From positions 123,232-187,231 of the forward strand of contig NMRA01000621.1 of assembly GCA_002633005.1 (NCBI GenBank): 64,000 nt of DNA. Reading direction: 5' to 3'. Shown piece by piece: positions 36,377 through 46,745 of this stretch. Numbering within the stretch: position 1 is the stretch's first letter; each line of letters opens with the position of its first letter. The position numbers and the translations under genes are program-made. The DNA comes from Phoronis australis (Eukaryota; Animalia; Phoronida). The notes beneath the pieces were generated by a model, which was not told where the DNA came from, searched no databases, and worked only from the letters and a program-made list of their open reading frames with translations.

Positions 36377-36829
36377 CTGGAACAGAGAACTCGCCAATCA
36401 ACAAAGAGACATGAGGAACAAACGATAATGATTTTGACGTCACAGCAGGGGAGCCGGTAACTGAATAAAACAGACAAAACTCCATGCCATGTACCGTGTG
36501 TGCATGTATTTAGGCTCATGTGCATTGACCGAGTAAATACAAGAAGCAACATCATACCGCCTGAATGAAGAAGCACTCTTCCTGTAGATTACAGTTATGT
36601 GGGATCTTACTCACAAGTATGAGTATTAAGGAAATTTCTCGGAAAAGTAGACATTTTCTCAATTTTTTACTTTAAAAAAAATCTGCTATTAATTGGGTCA
36701 TGTGACTGTCTTTTTATTAAAAAGAAGCAAAAATGTAGATTCATAGGAAAACATCGTCATCAATAACAACGTGACCAGATTTTGTTTTGTAAAAATGGTA
36801 AAGATGAAATGTCGAAAACGCCGTGTTAC

Positions 36830-37028
36830 AGTGTTGTATGAGTCCAATCAGCGCATAAACTATAGTGTCTCAAAGTGTTGTATGAGTCCAATCAGCGCAT
36901 AAACTATAGTGTCTCAAAGTGTTGTATGAGTCCAATCAGCGCATAAACTATAGTGTCTCAAAGTGTTGTATGAGTCCAATCAGTGCATAAACTATAGTGT
37001 CTCAAAGTGTTGTATGAGTCCAATCAGC
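36830..37028. repeat. 44-bp minisatellite, ~4.5 copies
   Basis: gtgttgtatgagtccaatcagcgcataaactatagtgtctcaaa repeated. Confidence 0.95.
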
Positions 37029-38208
37029 CATTCCTGAGACATGATGTTGCGAAATTTGCCATATACGCACATTTTTGTAGGGTTTTACATATTAAGCTTA
37101 AGATGCAGATTCACAGACAACATAAATGAAGGAACAAATAGAAGATGCACAGCAAACGTGCGGGTTTGCGAAACAGTTGAGCAAAAATTAGCATTTTTAG
37201 AAAAAATATAATTCCAGATAAATACTATGCGTAGATGGTACATGAACACAGTCAGATAACTGCAACAGAATGCACAAGCATCACGTACGGCGTTGAACAC
37301 TGCTAGCATTCACATCAAAACAAAAACGATGGCAATACCACACTGTAGAATAACATCAACAAGAGTCAGCACTAAACACCACTTGGGCGTAAATCAAAAT
37401 GAAAATCAAAATGAACATTGTTTCCGCCCTTGTGCGATCAACTTTAAAATATGTGGCGACTTAAAATTTTTTTCCGGCCATGTGACAAAATATTTGTTTC
37501 AGTTACAAAAACGAGATACTTTTGCAGCAAACTTGAGAACCGCAAAAAATGAAAAGTGGGAAATGAAATACTTTAACCCACGCTTATTGCACGATTGGAG
37601 AAAATGTGAGCAAGCACATGTGGTAAGCTACTCGTAGTCTGGACATAAGGGCACTGAATTTGAAGTGTTGAACATTAATAATTTAAAGAACACGCAGCAT
37701 GTGTGTGAGGTCGGCCACTCATTTTTAGAATCATTTAAGGTATTAGTTGTGTAAAGTTTCCTTATTTGCTATATAAATAATATAATTCTTAATGACATTA
37801 TTACTGTTCGTGTTGTCTCCAAATAAACATAGCAACACAGCCCATCTCAGAGGAGTGAGGATAGTGCATTAAGGGGAAACAAAAAGTATGACAAAGGTAG
37901 CCCAACTTGTAAAAGCACCCAATTTAACTAATCACCTGTTCGCACATTATTTCCAAAAGGAGGTAAACTGGGTTTTAACCCTTAGACCCTGTCATAGCAA
38001 GCTGACTAGTGTGACAGGCTTTACAAGCAGTGATGATCAACACAACCCCCAATAAAGTGTAAACACCATTCCAGCGCATCTCAAGTACAAGCCAAAAGTA
38101 TTCAGATGAAACGATCTAGAATATTCCCTTCATGACAGCTGGGTGGAAGCCGTAGTCATCGCCAGAGTTGTCTTCTCGACCGAAAATGATGTGGAATGCA
38201 CAGTAAAT

Positions 38209-38364
38209 TTAGTAAGATGGCTCAGCCATTTTGTAAACAGTTAGTAAGATGGCTCAGCCATTTTGTAAACAGTTAGTAAGATGGCTCAGTCATTTTGTAA
38301 ACAGTTAGTAAGATGGCTCCGCCATTTTGTAAACAGTTAGTAAGGTGGCTCAGCCATTTTGTAA
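38209..38364. repeat. 32-bp minisatellite, 5 copies
   Basis: ttagtaagatggctcagccattttgtaaacag repeated. Confidence 0.95.
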
Positions 38365-39004
38365 AATAGAATTTTGCCAGCCTACCTTATTACTGGTTAT
38401 TTTTCTGCTAACAAAATCCACCATCGCCATGGTGACGGTAAAACGGTTATATTATTTGATAACTTTCGTCTTGTACTGTAATTGCACATATTGTCCATCT
38501 CACACTGGTTTTACATTCGTGACCTGAACTGTCATGGAGTCCATTTAAAACATCACAGACAACTGCTATCTAAGTATTATGATAGTCACTGCTTTCAGTC
38601 TTGTTCTTCCAACACAAGGCAACATGGGAGGCAACAACCACATTAAAAACACTGCAAGGCAAAGGATGCAGTGATCAAGTACTGAGTCCCTCACATGAAA
38701 AGCGACACAAGGCTTGGTCGGAAATTCTGTTTAACGCACCTACTTCACAACTAAGAAATTCAGTTTTTTCCCTACAAGTGTTAGCAATTGGCTAGTAACG
38801 ATTTTTAGGATTAGCAAGTAATAATTCTTATCTTCTCAGAGAATTAGTACTTTGTTGAAGTGAGTGAGGTTGAATTATTTATAGAAATAGTTGTAGGGAG
38901 CACAAAATGAAGTTTCTGACCAAAGCCTTTAGCCAATTTTCATGAAACCGATCGCAGACATTCAAAGAGAACTATTGACTGTAGCCACACTGATGGAGAC
39001 TCAC

Positions 39005-39151
39005 CCCCAGCGTAGGGGTTAGGTATGGTGATGCTAACCCCCGACGAGCGCTTGTTATTCATAATCAGTAAAGACTCGGCACTCTTGGCGTGATGCATCC
39101 GTCTGGCGACTGGTTCTGATTCAGGTGGACTCTTTGACTCATGCTTAGACA
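39005..39151 (-). CDS. ARHGAP32: RhoGAP internal exon (AKSxESL motif)
   Basis: cctttgtag|...|gtgagt, phase 1-1, 147 nt; SKHESKSPPESEPVARRMHHAKSAESLLIMNNKRSSG...; compare the recalled ARHGAP32 motif LRSAKSEESL. Confidence 0.8.
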
Positions 39152-39918
39152 CTACAAAGGACAAAAGGTGAATACACACACCTGTGTCATATTAATTCCT
39201 TGGCCAATCAAATGTGTCCAGCCAAACAAGATCAACTTCTATGTTCAGATGTGTGTATTACAGTATTAAGGTGTACAAGGACAATAATCGGGTATACCGT
39301 GCCCGTATTTTGATGCCTGTTATTCACTGGAGAAAACTGGTTCTCAAAATTCGAGCACATTATATCCGACCATTACCGTGTTCAAGAGCACGTTTAGTTG
39401 AGATGACTTTGGCAAATGGAAGACACCCACGGCACTTTATTAACAACATAAAAATTGCATTTCGTTGGTAAACAGTTCCCGATTTCAATCATTCTCAAGT
39501 TCAAAATTATAGTTAGAGTAAAAATAATTCAGTTTGGGACACAATACGGCGAAGGGTGAAATTTAACTTTGTCCAATATCTCAACAAAAACATTTGTTCA
39601 GAATAATTTTCTTGGCTTTTAGCATTGTTTGCATGGCGTAGCTATGACCAAACAACAATTTTGAGCATTTGCAAACATTTGTTAATCCTCTGAACAATAG
39701 AAATATGGCAATTTTAGTAATTATTTTTGTTCCAAATTGAAGAATTTTTAGCGTACATGAGACATTTTGAGAAATTGCCAGCATTCACAACAAGGTTAGG
39801 AGCCTCTGATAAATGAAAAAACAGCAACTTCCACAATTACTTGTGTGACCGTCCCTAGTTGGTTACATTTTACCATTATAGTCAAAATGTCTGTTGAGAT
39901 CATGACGAGCTTACTTAC

Positions 39919-40013
39919 TTGGGAGACTAGCTTTCCTCTTCCCCTTGCCTGGAGATTTGCTTTTACTAAATATCGACTTCCATCCACCGCCGGGCGACTT
40001 CTTGCCTTTTTTG
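39919..40013 (-). CDS. ARHGAP32: RhoGAP internal exon (KKSPxGxWxSxF motif)
   Basis: catgcag|...|gtaagt, 95 nt; KKGKKSPGGGWKSIFSKSKSPGKGKRKASLP, in a different frame from the listed ORF; compare the recalled ARHGAP32 sequence KMKKSPVGSWRSFFNLGKS. Confidence 0.8.
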
Positions 40014-40226
40014 CTGCATGACACAGATATGCTGCATGACACAGATATGGATCAACATAGGCCAAGTGGCCATTATTCACACTCAAACACACACACAAGC
40101 AACATTCACAAAGTGGCCAAAAACTGAAACGAAAACCTTAAGAAAAGGAATGTCACGAGTGGACAATAAGCCAAAATTAATTAGCGCTTCATGCATTGTG
40201 CCGTGTAGATGTCCATCTGTTATATA

Positions 40227-40525
40227 TACTGCTAATACTGCTAATACTGCTAATACTGCTAATACTGCTAATACTGCTAGCAATACTGTGCACTGCAACT
40301 TACTGACAGCAAAGTTAGGTACTGCTATTGATGCTAGTAAAGATAGATACTGTAATGAACAACTACTCCTGCCATATAATGTTAGTTATGCTATATAGTG
40401 CTAGTAATGCTGTATACTGCAATGGACAACTAGTACTGCCATATAATGCAAGTAATGCTATATAATGCTAGTACTGCCATATAATGCAAGTAATGCTATA
40501 TAATGCTAGTACTGCCATATAATGC
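40227..40525. repeat. Simple/satellite repeat (actgctaat-type 9-mer and ~39-bp units) running into the gap
   Basis: actgctaat x5-6, then ctagtactgccatataatgcaagtaatgctatataatg repeats up to the N run. Confidence 0.85.
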
Positions 40526-41435
40526 NNNNNNNNNNNNNNNNNNNNNNNNNNNNNNNNNNNNNNNNNNNNNNNNNNNNNNNNNNNNNNNNNNNNNNNNNNN
40601 NNNNNNNNNNNNNNNNNNNNNNNNNNNNNNNNNNNNNNNNNNNNNNNNNNNNNNNNNNNNNNNNNNNNNNNNNNNNNNNNNNNNNNNNNNNNNNNNNNNN
40701 NNNNNNNNNNNNNNNNNNNNNNNNNNNNNNNNNNNNNNNNNNNNNNNNNNNNNNNNNNNNNNNNNNNNNNNNNNNNNNNNNNNNNNNNNNNNNNNNNNNN
40801 NNNNNNNNNNNNNNNNNNNNNNNNNNNNNNNNNNNNNNNNNNNNNNNNNNNNNNNNNNNNNNNNNNNNNNNNNNNNNNNNNNNNNNNNNNNNNNNNNNNN
40901 NNNNNNNNNNNNNNNNNNNNNNNNNNNNNNNNNNNNNNNNNNNNNNNNNNNNNNNNNNNNNNNNNNNNNNNNNNNNNNNNNNNNNNNNNNNNNNNNNNNN
41001 NNNNNNNNNNNNNNNNNNNNNNNNNNNNNNNNNNNNNNNNNNNNNNNNNNNNNNNNNNNNNNNNNNNNNNNNNNNNNNNNNNNNNNNNNNNNNNNNNNNN
41101 NNNNNNNNNNNNNNNNNNNNNNNNNNNNNNNNNNNNNNNNNNNNNNNNNNNNNNNNNNNNNNNNNNNNNNNNNNNNNNNNNNNNNNNNNNNNNNNNNNNN
41201 NNNNNNNNNNNNNNNNNNNNNNNNNNNNNNNNNNNNNNNNNNNNNNNNNNNNNNNNNNNNNNNNNNNNNNNNNNNNNNNNNNNNNNNNNNNNNNNNNNNN
41301 NNNNNNNNNNNNNNNNNNNNNNNNNNNNNNNNNNNNNNNNNNNNNNNNNNNNNNNNNNNNNNNNNNNNNNNNNNNNNNNNNNNNNNNNNNNNNNNNNNNN
41401 NNNNNNNNNNNNNNNNNNNNNNNNNNNNNNNNNNN
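40526..41435. other. Assembly gap
   Basis: N run. Confidence 1.
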
Positions 41436-41659
41436 ACAAGCTGTAAAACGACGTTGTTTAATTTCATTGTGCTCATTCATTGTCATCCGTCAAATCGGCA
41501 ATTTCCGAGATGTGATCTGCGGCGTGCGCGTATGTGTACAAAACACGTGATTGTTATGTTCCTGAAGTACGAAAATTAAGAAACTTTAGCATGCCATTAT
41601 TATTGACAGGGACACGATAAAACGAATTTGGATTTTGACTATAGTCTTGATACAGCGAG

Positions 41660-41830
41660 CTGGCTGACCACTGCGTCAGTGTCTCCGTTAAACCCAGAAA
41701 TTTCACACAGCCCGGGTAGTTCACTTCGTCCCCAACATGTAGATCGAGCCTTGGACTATTAATACTCCACGGTAGAGCTAACGAAAGTCGGCCTGTGCAC
41801 ACAAAATCTGTGAGTTAACCAGCATTCACC
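41660..41830 (+). repeat. Dispersed structured module, copy 1
   Basis: Shares ordered motif blocks with 44590-44720 (see findings). Confidence 0.5.
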
Positions 41831-43989
41831 TTGCACGTTGCAGCCGTTTAAATGAAAAACAATCTAGTAATCGCCATTTTGCTGCATGATCCTCCGCCTT
41901 TTGTAACAAAAAAGTCTCGTCGATGACCCACACACGCACGCTCCGGCACTCACTCTCATACGCAGACGAACTTCAAAACAAACGTCACGTGACAACAACA
42001 TGTGTGTTCATCCAGAGATTTTTCTCGTGTTGTGGGGTACGATGTAGCGCAGATTTGCACTTAATCGCAATTAATCTGGACTCCACATGAACTTTAAAAA
42101 TTGTAGAACATAAGGAAGATTTCAGGTAATTTCTTGAGTTAAAACTATATTTTTATTCAAGAGTTCAAGTTTTCCTATTGACGATGGCGATTCAGTGACG
42201 CATCAGTCGGCAAGTTTTCGCACTGTGATGAGCAAAATTTTTTGAAAAGTTATCGTAATTTAACCACGGAAGTTGATAGTAATGCACCACAATTTTGTAG
42301 AAAGACTGTCATATGCTAAAAATACGTCACAGAGCGTTAATTTTATGAATCCTAGCTTCCGATTTTACCCGTTTGGGAAACCGGCTTTCAACTGCCGTAG
42401 GCTACAATAAGTATCTCCTCCCCGTGAAATGAATTTTCTAAGCGTTTATTAGAGCCAATACAGTATACAGCTTTCCACCAAGGCTAGGTGATGCTACGCC
42501 ATTATTCTTTGTTGCATTAGTAATTGGTTTTGGCTAATTATCATTTGATGGCCTGGTCATCCATTCAGCCAAAAGTAGTTCTAGAGGTGGCTTATCAGCC
42601 AATTATTCACGCATGCTGACTCACAATAGAAGCCTGATAAGAGTGAAGGTGGATAAATGCGGTGTTCCTACAGTTTCTTGTGCTAGTGTATGTGTTCACA
42701 TGTCCACCGGTTTATATGCGACGTAGCTCCAGTGGGGCACACTAGTAATTAGGGGCTACCATCTGCCTCGGTAACACGTAGCCCCTCGGTTGGCGGTTAC
42801 GGGCTGCAATAGCTGCAATACTAATTCCCATGACGAATTTCGTCCCATATATTTTAAACGGACGGTAGGCCAAATCCGGCCACTGATTTGGAGTTTTCAC
42901 CTGGTCAAAAATACATTCAAACTTAAATCTATCATTTAAAAAAGAGCTTACTTTCTTCAGTGGTCCTTTTTACTTTTACACATATCTTCGATGAAGCTTA
43001 GTTACGAGAATTAAGGTGACCTTGGCGAAGAATTCCAACTCCACTTTTTGGTCACCGTTAACTTTTTCACCACGCACGCGATGACAAAGTAGGCAGGCTA
43101 TAGCGCGAGACTGGCGCTGGCGCGTGACGCAAAAATGCGTCGAAGATATCAGGTTAAATTTGTAAGATTTGTGTCCCTTGGACTTCTTATTCGCCAACAT
43201 GAGTGATTTCACATAACTTCCTCAAAATGGCACCCCAAGCAAAATGTCAAGCAAACCGCGACAGATTTTCACCGATTTCTTCAAATTATCTTGACTGTAT
43301 CTTCTGCAGACTGATGGTAGGTGCTAATTATAACTCCATGTGCAAATATGCATATTTCATTTAATTTTATTTCGTGTATTTTGAAATTTGTAACTTTTTT
43401 ATGGGATGTACTCACCACCCCTGTATGCCTGCGGCATCCAGGGTGATGCCTACCGGCTTCCTAATATTGAATACAAATTATGACCCTGGAATCATGAGCT
43501 TCAAGTTGAACCAAAAGCTTTTTTTCTTGCAAAACAGCCCAGCTGTTACCAAACAAGACATGCAGTTGAGACAAGTATGTATCTTGTGTAGCTCTGAGTT
43601 AGGAGACTTCGAATGTAACCAGAAATAAATCCAGCTAGAAGTGTAACGTGGCCATGTTTTTGTTGTGGTTGAACTTGGAATCTTACTGAATTTCAAAACT
43701 TGTTACCTCATCCGCGGACAATGTACGTTCACAAGGTACATGCAGACAAAATTCCCTTGACCTACATCATAGGCCGGTATGCGATTTTCAGTAAATAGGT
43801 CCATTAGAGGAAAACGTTTTCCGTGTTTGTGCCACCATGATGCCAAAGGGAAGGGGTTGGAGTTTACTTAGAATATTGGTTGATTACCCTCATAGTGGAG
43901 GGGCTGAGCAATAGGGTATAGGCATGGCAACCATTTGATGGTTGGAGGATGGGGAACCAATCCATTCACTTTTCAATTTTATTTCAATC

Positions 43990-44029
43990 ACTAGCCGTTA
44001 CCCGTGAGAAAGCACGGGTAGCAGCTAGT
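43990..44029. mobile_element. Helitron-terminus-like mini hairpin
   Basis: actagccgttacccgtg-agaaag-cacgggtagcagctagt: 17-bp imperfect stem ending in CTAG|T. Confidence 0.5.
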
Positions 44030-44332
44030 GGGAAACGCGAGGGGAAATAGCTACTCCTAACAGTGAACCAATCGAGTGTTCATCGCACTGAGAGACAGGA
44101 ATACTTCTTGAAGAGACCGTGTTCAAAGCTTAATGTAAAAGCAAAATTTCTGTCACCTGTCAGATTTTAGTGGGTGTGCGGCTGTGGAATTCTTTCCCTA
44201 GGCAGTAGAAATTTCTTTCCAGACATTTAACCCTGCCGTAACACTAAGTACGGAAATCAGATATTCTTCAGTTTAAAGTGAAAACTAAGAATCCGTTTAA
44301 CATATTGTATAGTACACAAAGATTATAGATGT

Positions 44333-44484
44333 CAGTGGCGGATTTACAAGGGGGCCATTCCCCCCCATAAAATTCTCCAAGCGTCCATTTGGCAGTTCGG
44401 GGGTGCGAATGTCTGAAGGGCAAAATTCTGGCTAATACTCTATTAGTGCCGTCCCCCCAACTCAAAATCCTGGATCCACCCCAG
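44333..44484 (+). mobile_element. MITE family A, internally deleted copy, 5-bp TSD GATGT
   Basis: cagtggcggattt...aaaatcctggatccaccccag; gatgt at 44328-44332 and 44485-44489. Confidence 0.85.
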
Positions 44485-44589
44485 GATGTATTTACAAAAG
44501 TTGCATCGTAAATGTACATAGCCTACTGAGGTTGAAAGCCCCTGAGCTAGCTGTATGAAAACTGTTGTCAACATACAGCTAGGTAGTCG

Positions 44590-44720
44590 TGTGTAGAGCT
44601 CCGATAAACACCGAAATTTCACACAATCCAGGTGCTTAGCTCGTCACCTCGTCGTGAAACTTAGAGCTAACAACCTGCAGGGGTGCATGCAGAATCTGGG
44701 AATGAATGGACATTCACAGT
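44590..44720 (+). repeat. Dispersed structured module, copy 2
   Basis: ctccgataaacaccgaaatttcacacaatccaggt...ttagctc..gagctaa...gtgcatgcagaatctg...cattcac. Confidence 0.5.
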
Positions 44721-46259
44721 GCCCAATACGGCCATTAATAGAAGTAAACGAAATCTAATAAACGTTATTTTTCGTAATTCTCCGCCTTTTTAACAAAGGA
44801 AAATCCTGCCGTCGATTTGAAAACGGTGCAATCTCGTGACACGCGCATGTACGCGCCATTTCCCAAAACTTTGCGATATCTCTCGAGAGTATTTTCTGAA
44901 TTTTTTTGGTATTGATATAGTAAAAACTTGTAACGAAATGAAACCACTTCCGATTGTTATGACATGTACGCAACCTACACAGTTGATTGAAGAACAAGGA
45001 AATTGGCCCGATAAGTAACGCAATAGCGCCCAAAGAGCGCATAGCAATTTTAGCAGCAGAATAACTGAAGAACGCCAATTTTCCAACACCCCGGTAAATA
45101 ATTTAGTTTACTCAAGGAAGAGTAAAAAAATTTAATGAGGCATCATTAATTTTGGCGGCGACAGGCTCGACACGACAGAAGCCAGGGGGAGTAAAATAAA
45201 GCCAACGAAGTGACGTCACCCAGGCCTTTGAGCCGACCGACTGACGTCACCAAGGCCAATACGAAACTGGCCACCCTCCCTCCGCGTCTGCGAAAAAATG
45301 GCCCGCGAGAAAAAATAGAACACCTCGAATCCAAATAGTGGGCCGGTGCAATACCTGGGACCAAGACGGTGCCGAAACGGGCGCAACGAAGCTCTATAGT
45401 GGAGCGGGGGAGACGGAGTTTGTGCAAACGATGCATTTTATATAATAGATAGTTCACATGTAAAAACTTAATAATGAATCATTGCTTAATCGACATTTAT
45501 TGACAGCCGTAATATTATGAAATGAAGCAAAACATTGGCTTACATGTAAGTACATGTATGAAATTGGCACAATAAATAAAATGCATAAATTCCATTGTTC
45601 TTTCCAGTAAGAACAAATGTTAAAGGAAAGGGGAATGCTCAAAATTGCGAAAGGCCATAGGGTGTATAACTAAACAATCATTTGTCTTTCAAACAAGATA
45701 TTTTGTACAACAATGAGACAACTATCAACAAGCTGATCGATAAGTGATTTTTTTGCAAAATTTAATACATGTTTTGCCCCCTTTGTGGCAATATTTTATC
45801 ATCACAGGCAGTGCACTGACTGGAAAAGCACACTGAGCCCTCAAAATACCTAACACTTGAAGTTGATAGAATCTACAAACTTACGTTTGAGGTTTTTATT
45901 AAAGCTCGTGGTCCATTGTGTGGTGATGGAAAGTCTTAATTGACTTGAAGACATTGGCTATGATTTTCATGCCCATTCATCTTCTGTCATGTGATTGGAG
46001 GGGCCCAGCCCGAAGGCGACTGAAGAACAAAGATGTTTGTATTATGATAGGGAGCCTTACCAGTCAAAAAGCGGGCCAATTATGCAATTTTACAGGAAAC
46101 CACAAGAAGATGTATGAACATTGGGACCTCCTGTAATAGTCAGGGGCCGTGACCAAAGGTAGTCAAACAGTGGTGCCTCCAAACTAATGTTCGGTATCCT
46201 AATAATGTAATGCACTTTGCTCTTCGACAGCTTATAGACTCTGTGGCCCCCTTCAAGTG

Positions 46260-46705
46260 GGCTGCCTATATTAAAATTGACGGCCTCGCTCGTCGGGCGA
46301 GGTCACTCATATTAATATAGGAAGCCTTACCAGAAGACGGCCGGAGAGCGTGGTCCATAGGGGGCCCCGGTCTCCAGCTGCCTTCCGGTGAGGGCCCTTA
46401 TATTAATATAGGGGCCTTGCTTTTCGATCGCCTTTCAGCGAGGCCTCCTATAATAATACAGGCGGCCTCTTTGGAAGGCGGCCGGAGAGCGGGGCCTCTA
46501 TATTATTATACATGTAGGAGGCCTCGCCAAAAGGCGGCCGGAGAGCAGGGCCTTCCATATTAATATAGTTTGCCCCGCTATCCGGCCGCCGTTCGGCGAG
46601 GCCTTCTATATTAATATAGAGAGCCCCGCTCTTCGACCCCCTTTCGCCGAGGCCCGCCTATATTAATATAGAGGGCCACGCTTTTGAGGCCTGAAATTCA
46701 ATTTT
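46260..46705. repeat. Array of TATATTAATATA palindromes separated by related GC-rich units in mixed orientation
   Basis: About 8 AT cores at mostly ~50-bp spacing; the spacers are variants of gaaggcggccggagagcggggcc or its reverse complement. Confidence 0.8.
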
Positions 46706-46745
46706 TTGCCTATGTCATTTTAATAAGAATAAGTCATTTTAAGTA

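Noticed and set aside
39796-40098. 100-aa minus-strand ORF (AYLCHAAYLCHAAKKARS...)
   Set aside because: Wrong frame; the splice-defined exon 39919-40013 reads KKGKKSPGGGWKSIF in another frame.
46260-46705. CRISPR-like repeat/spacer appearance
   Set aside because: The spacers are mutually homologous and flip orientation; the context is eukaryotic and no cas genes are present.
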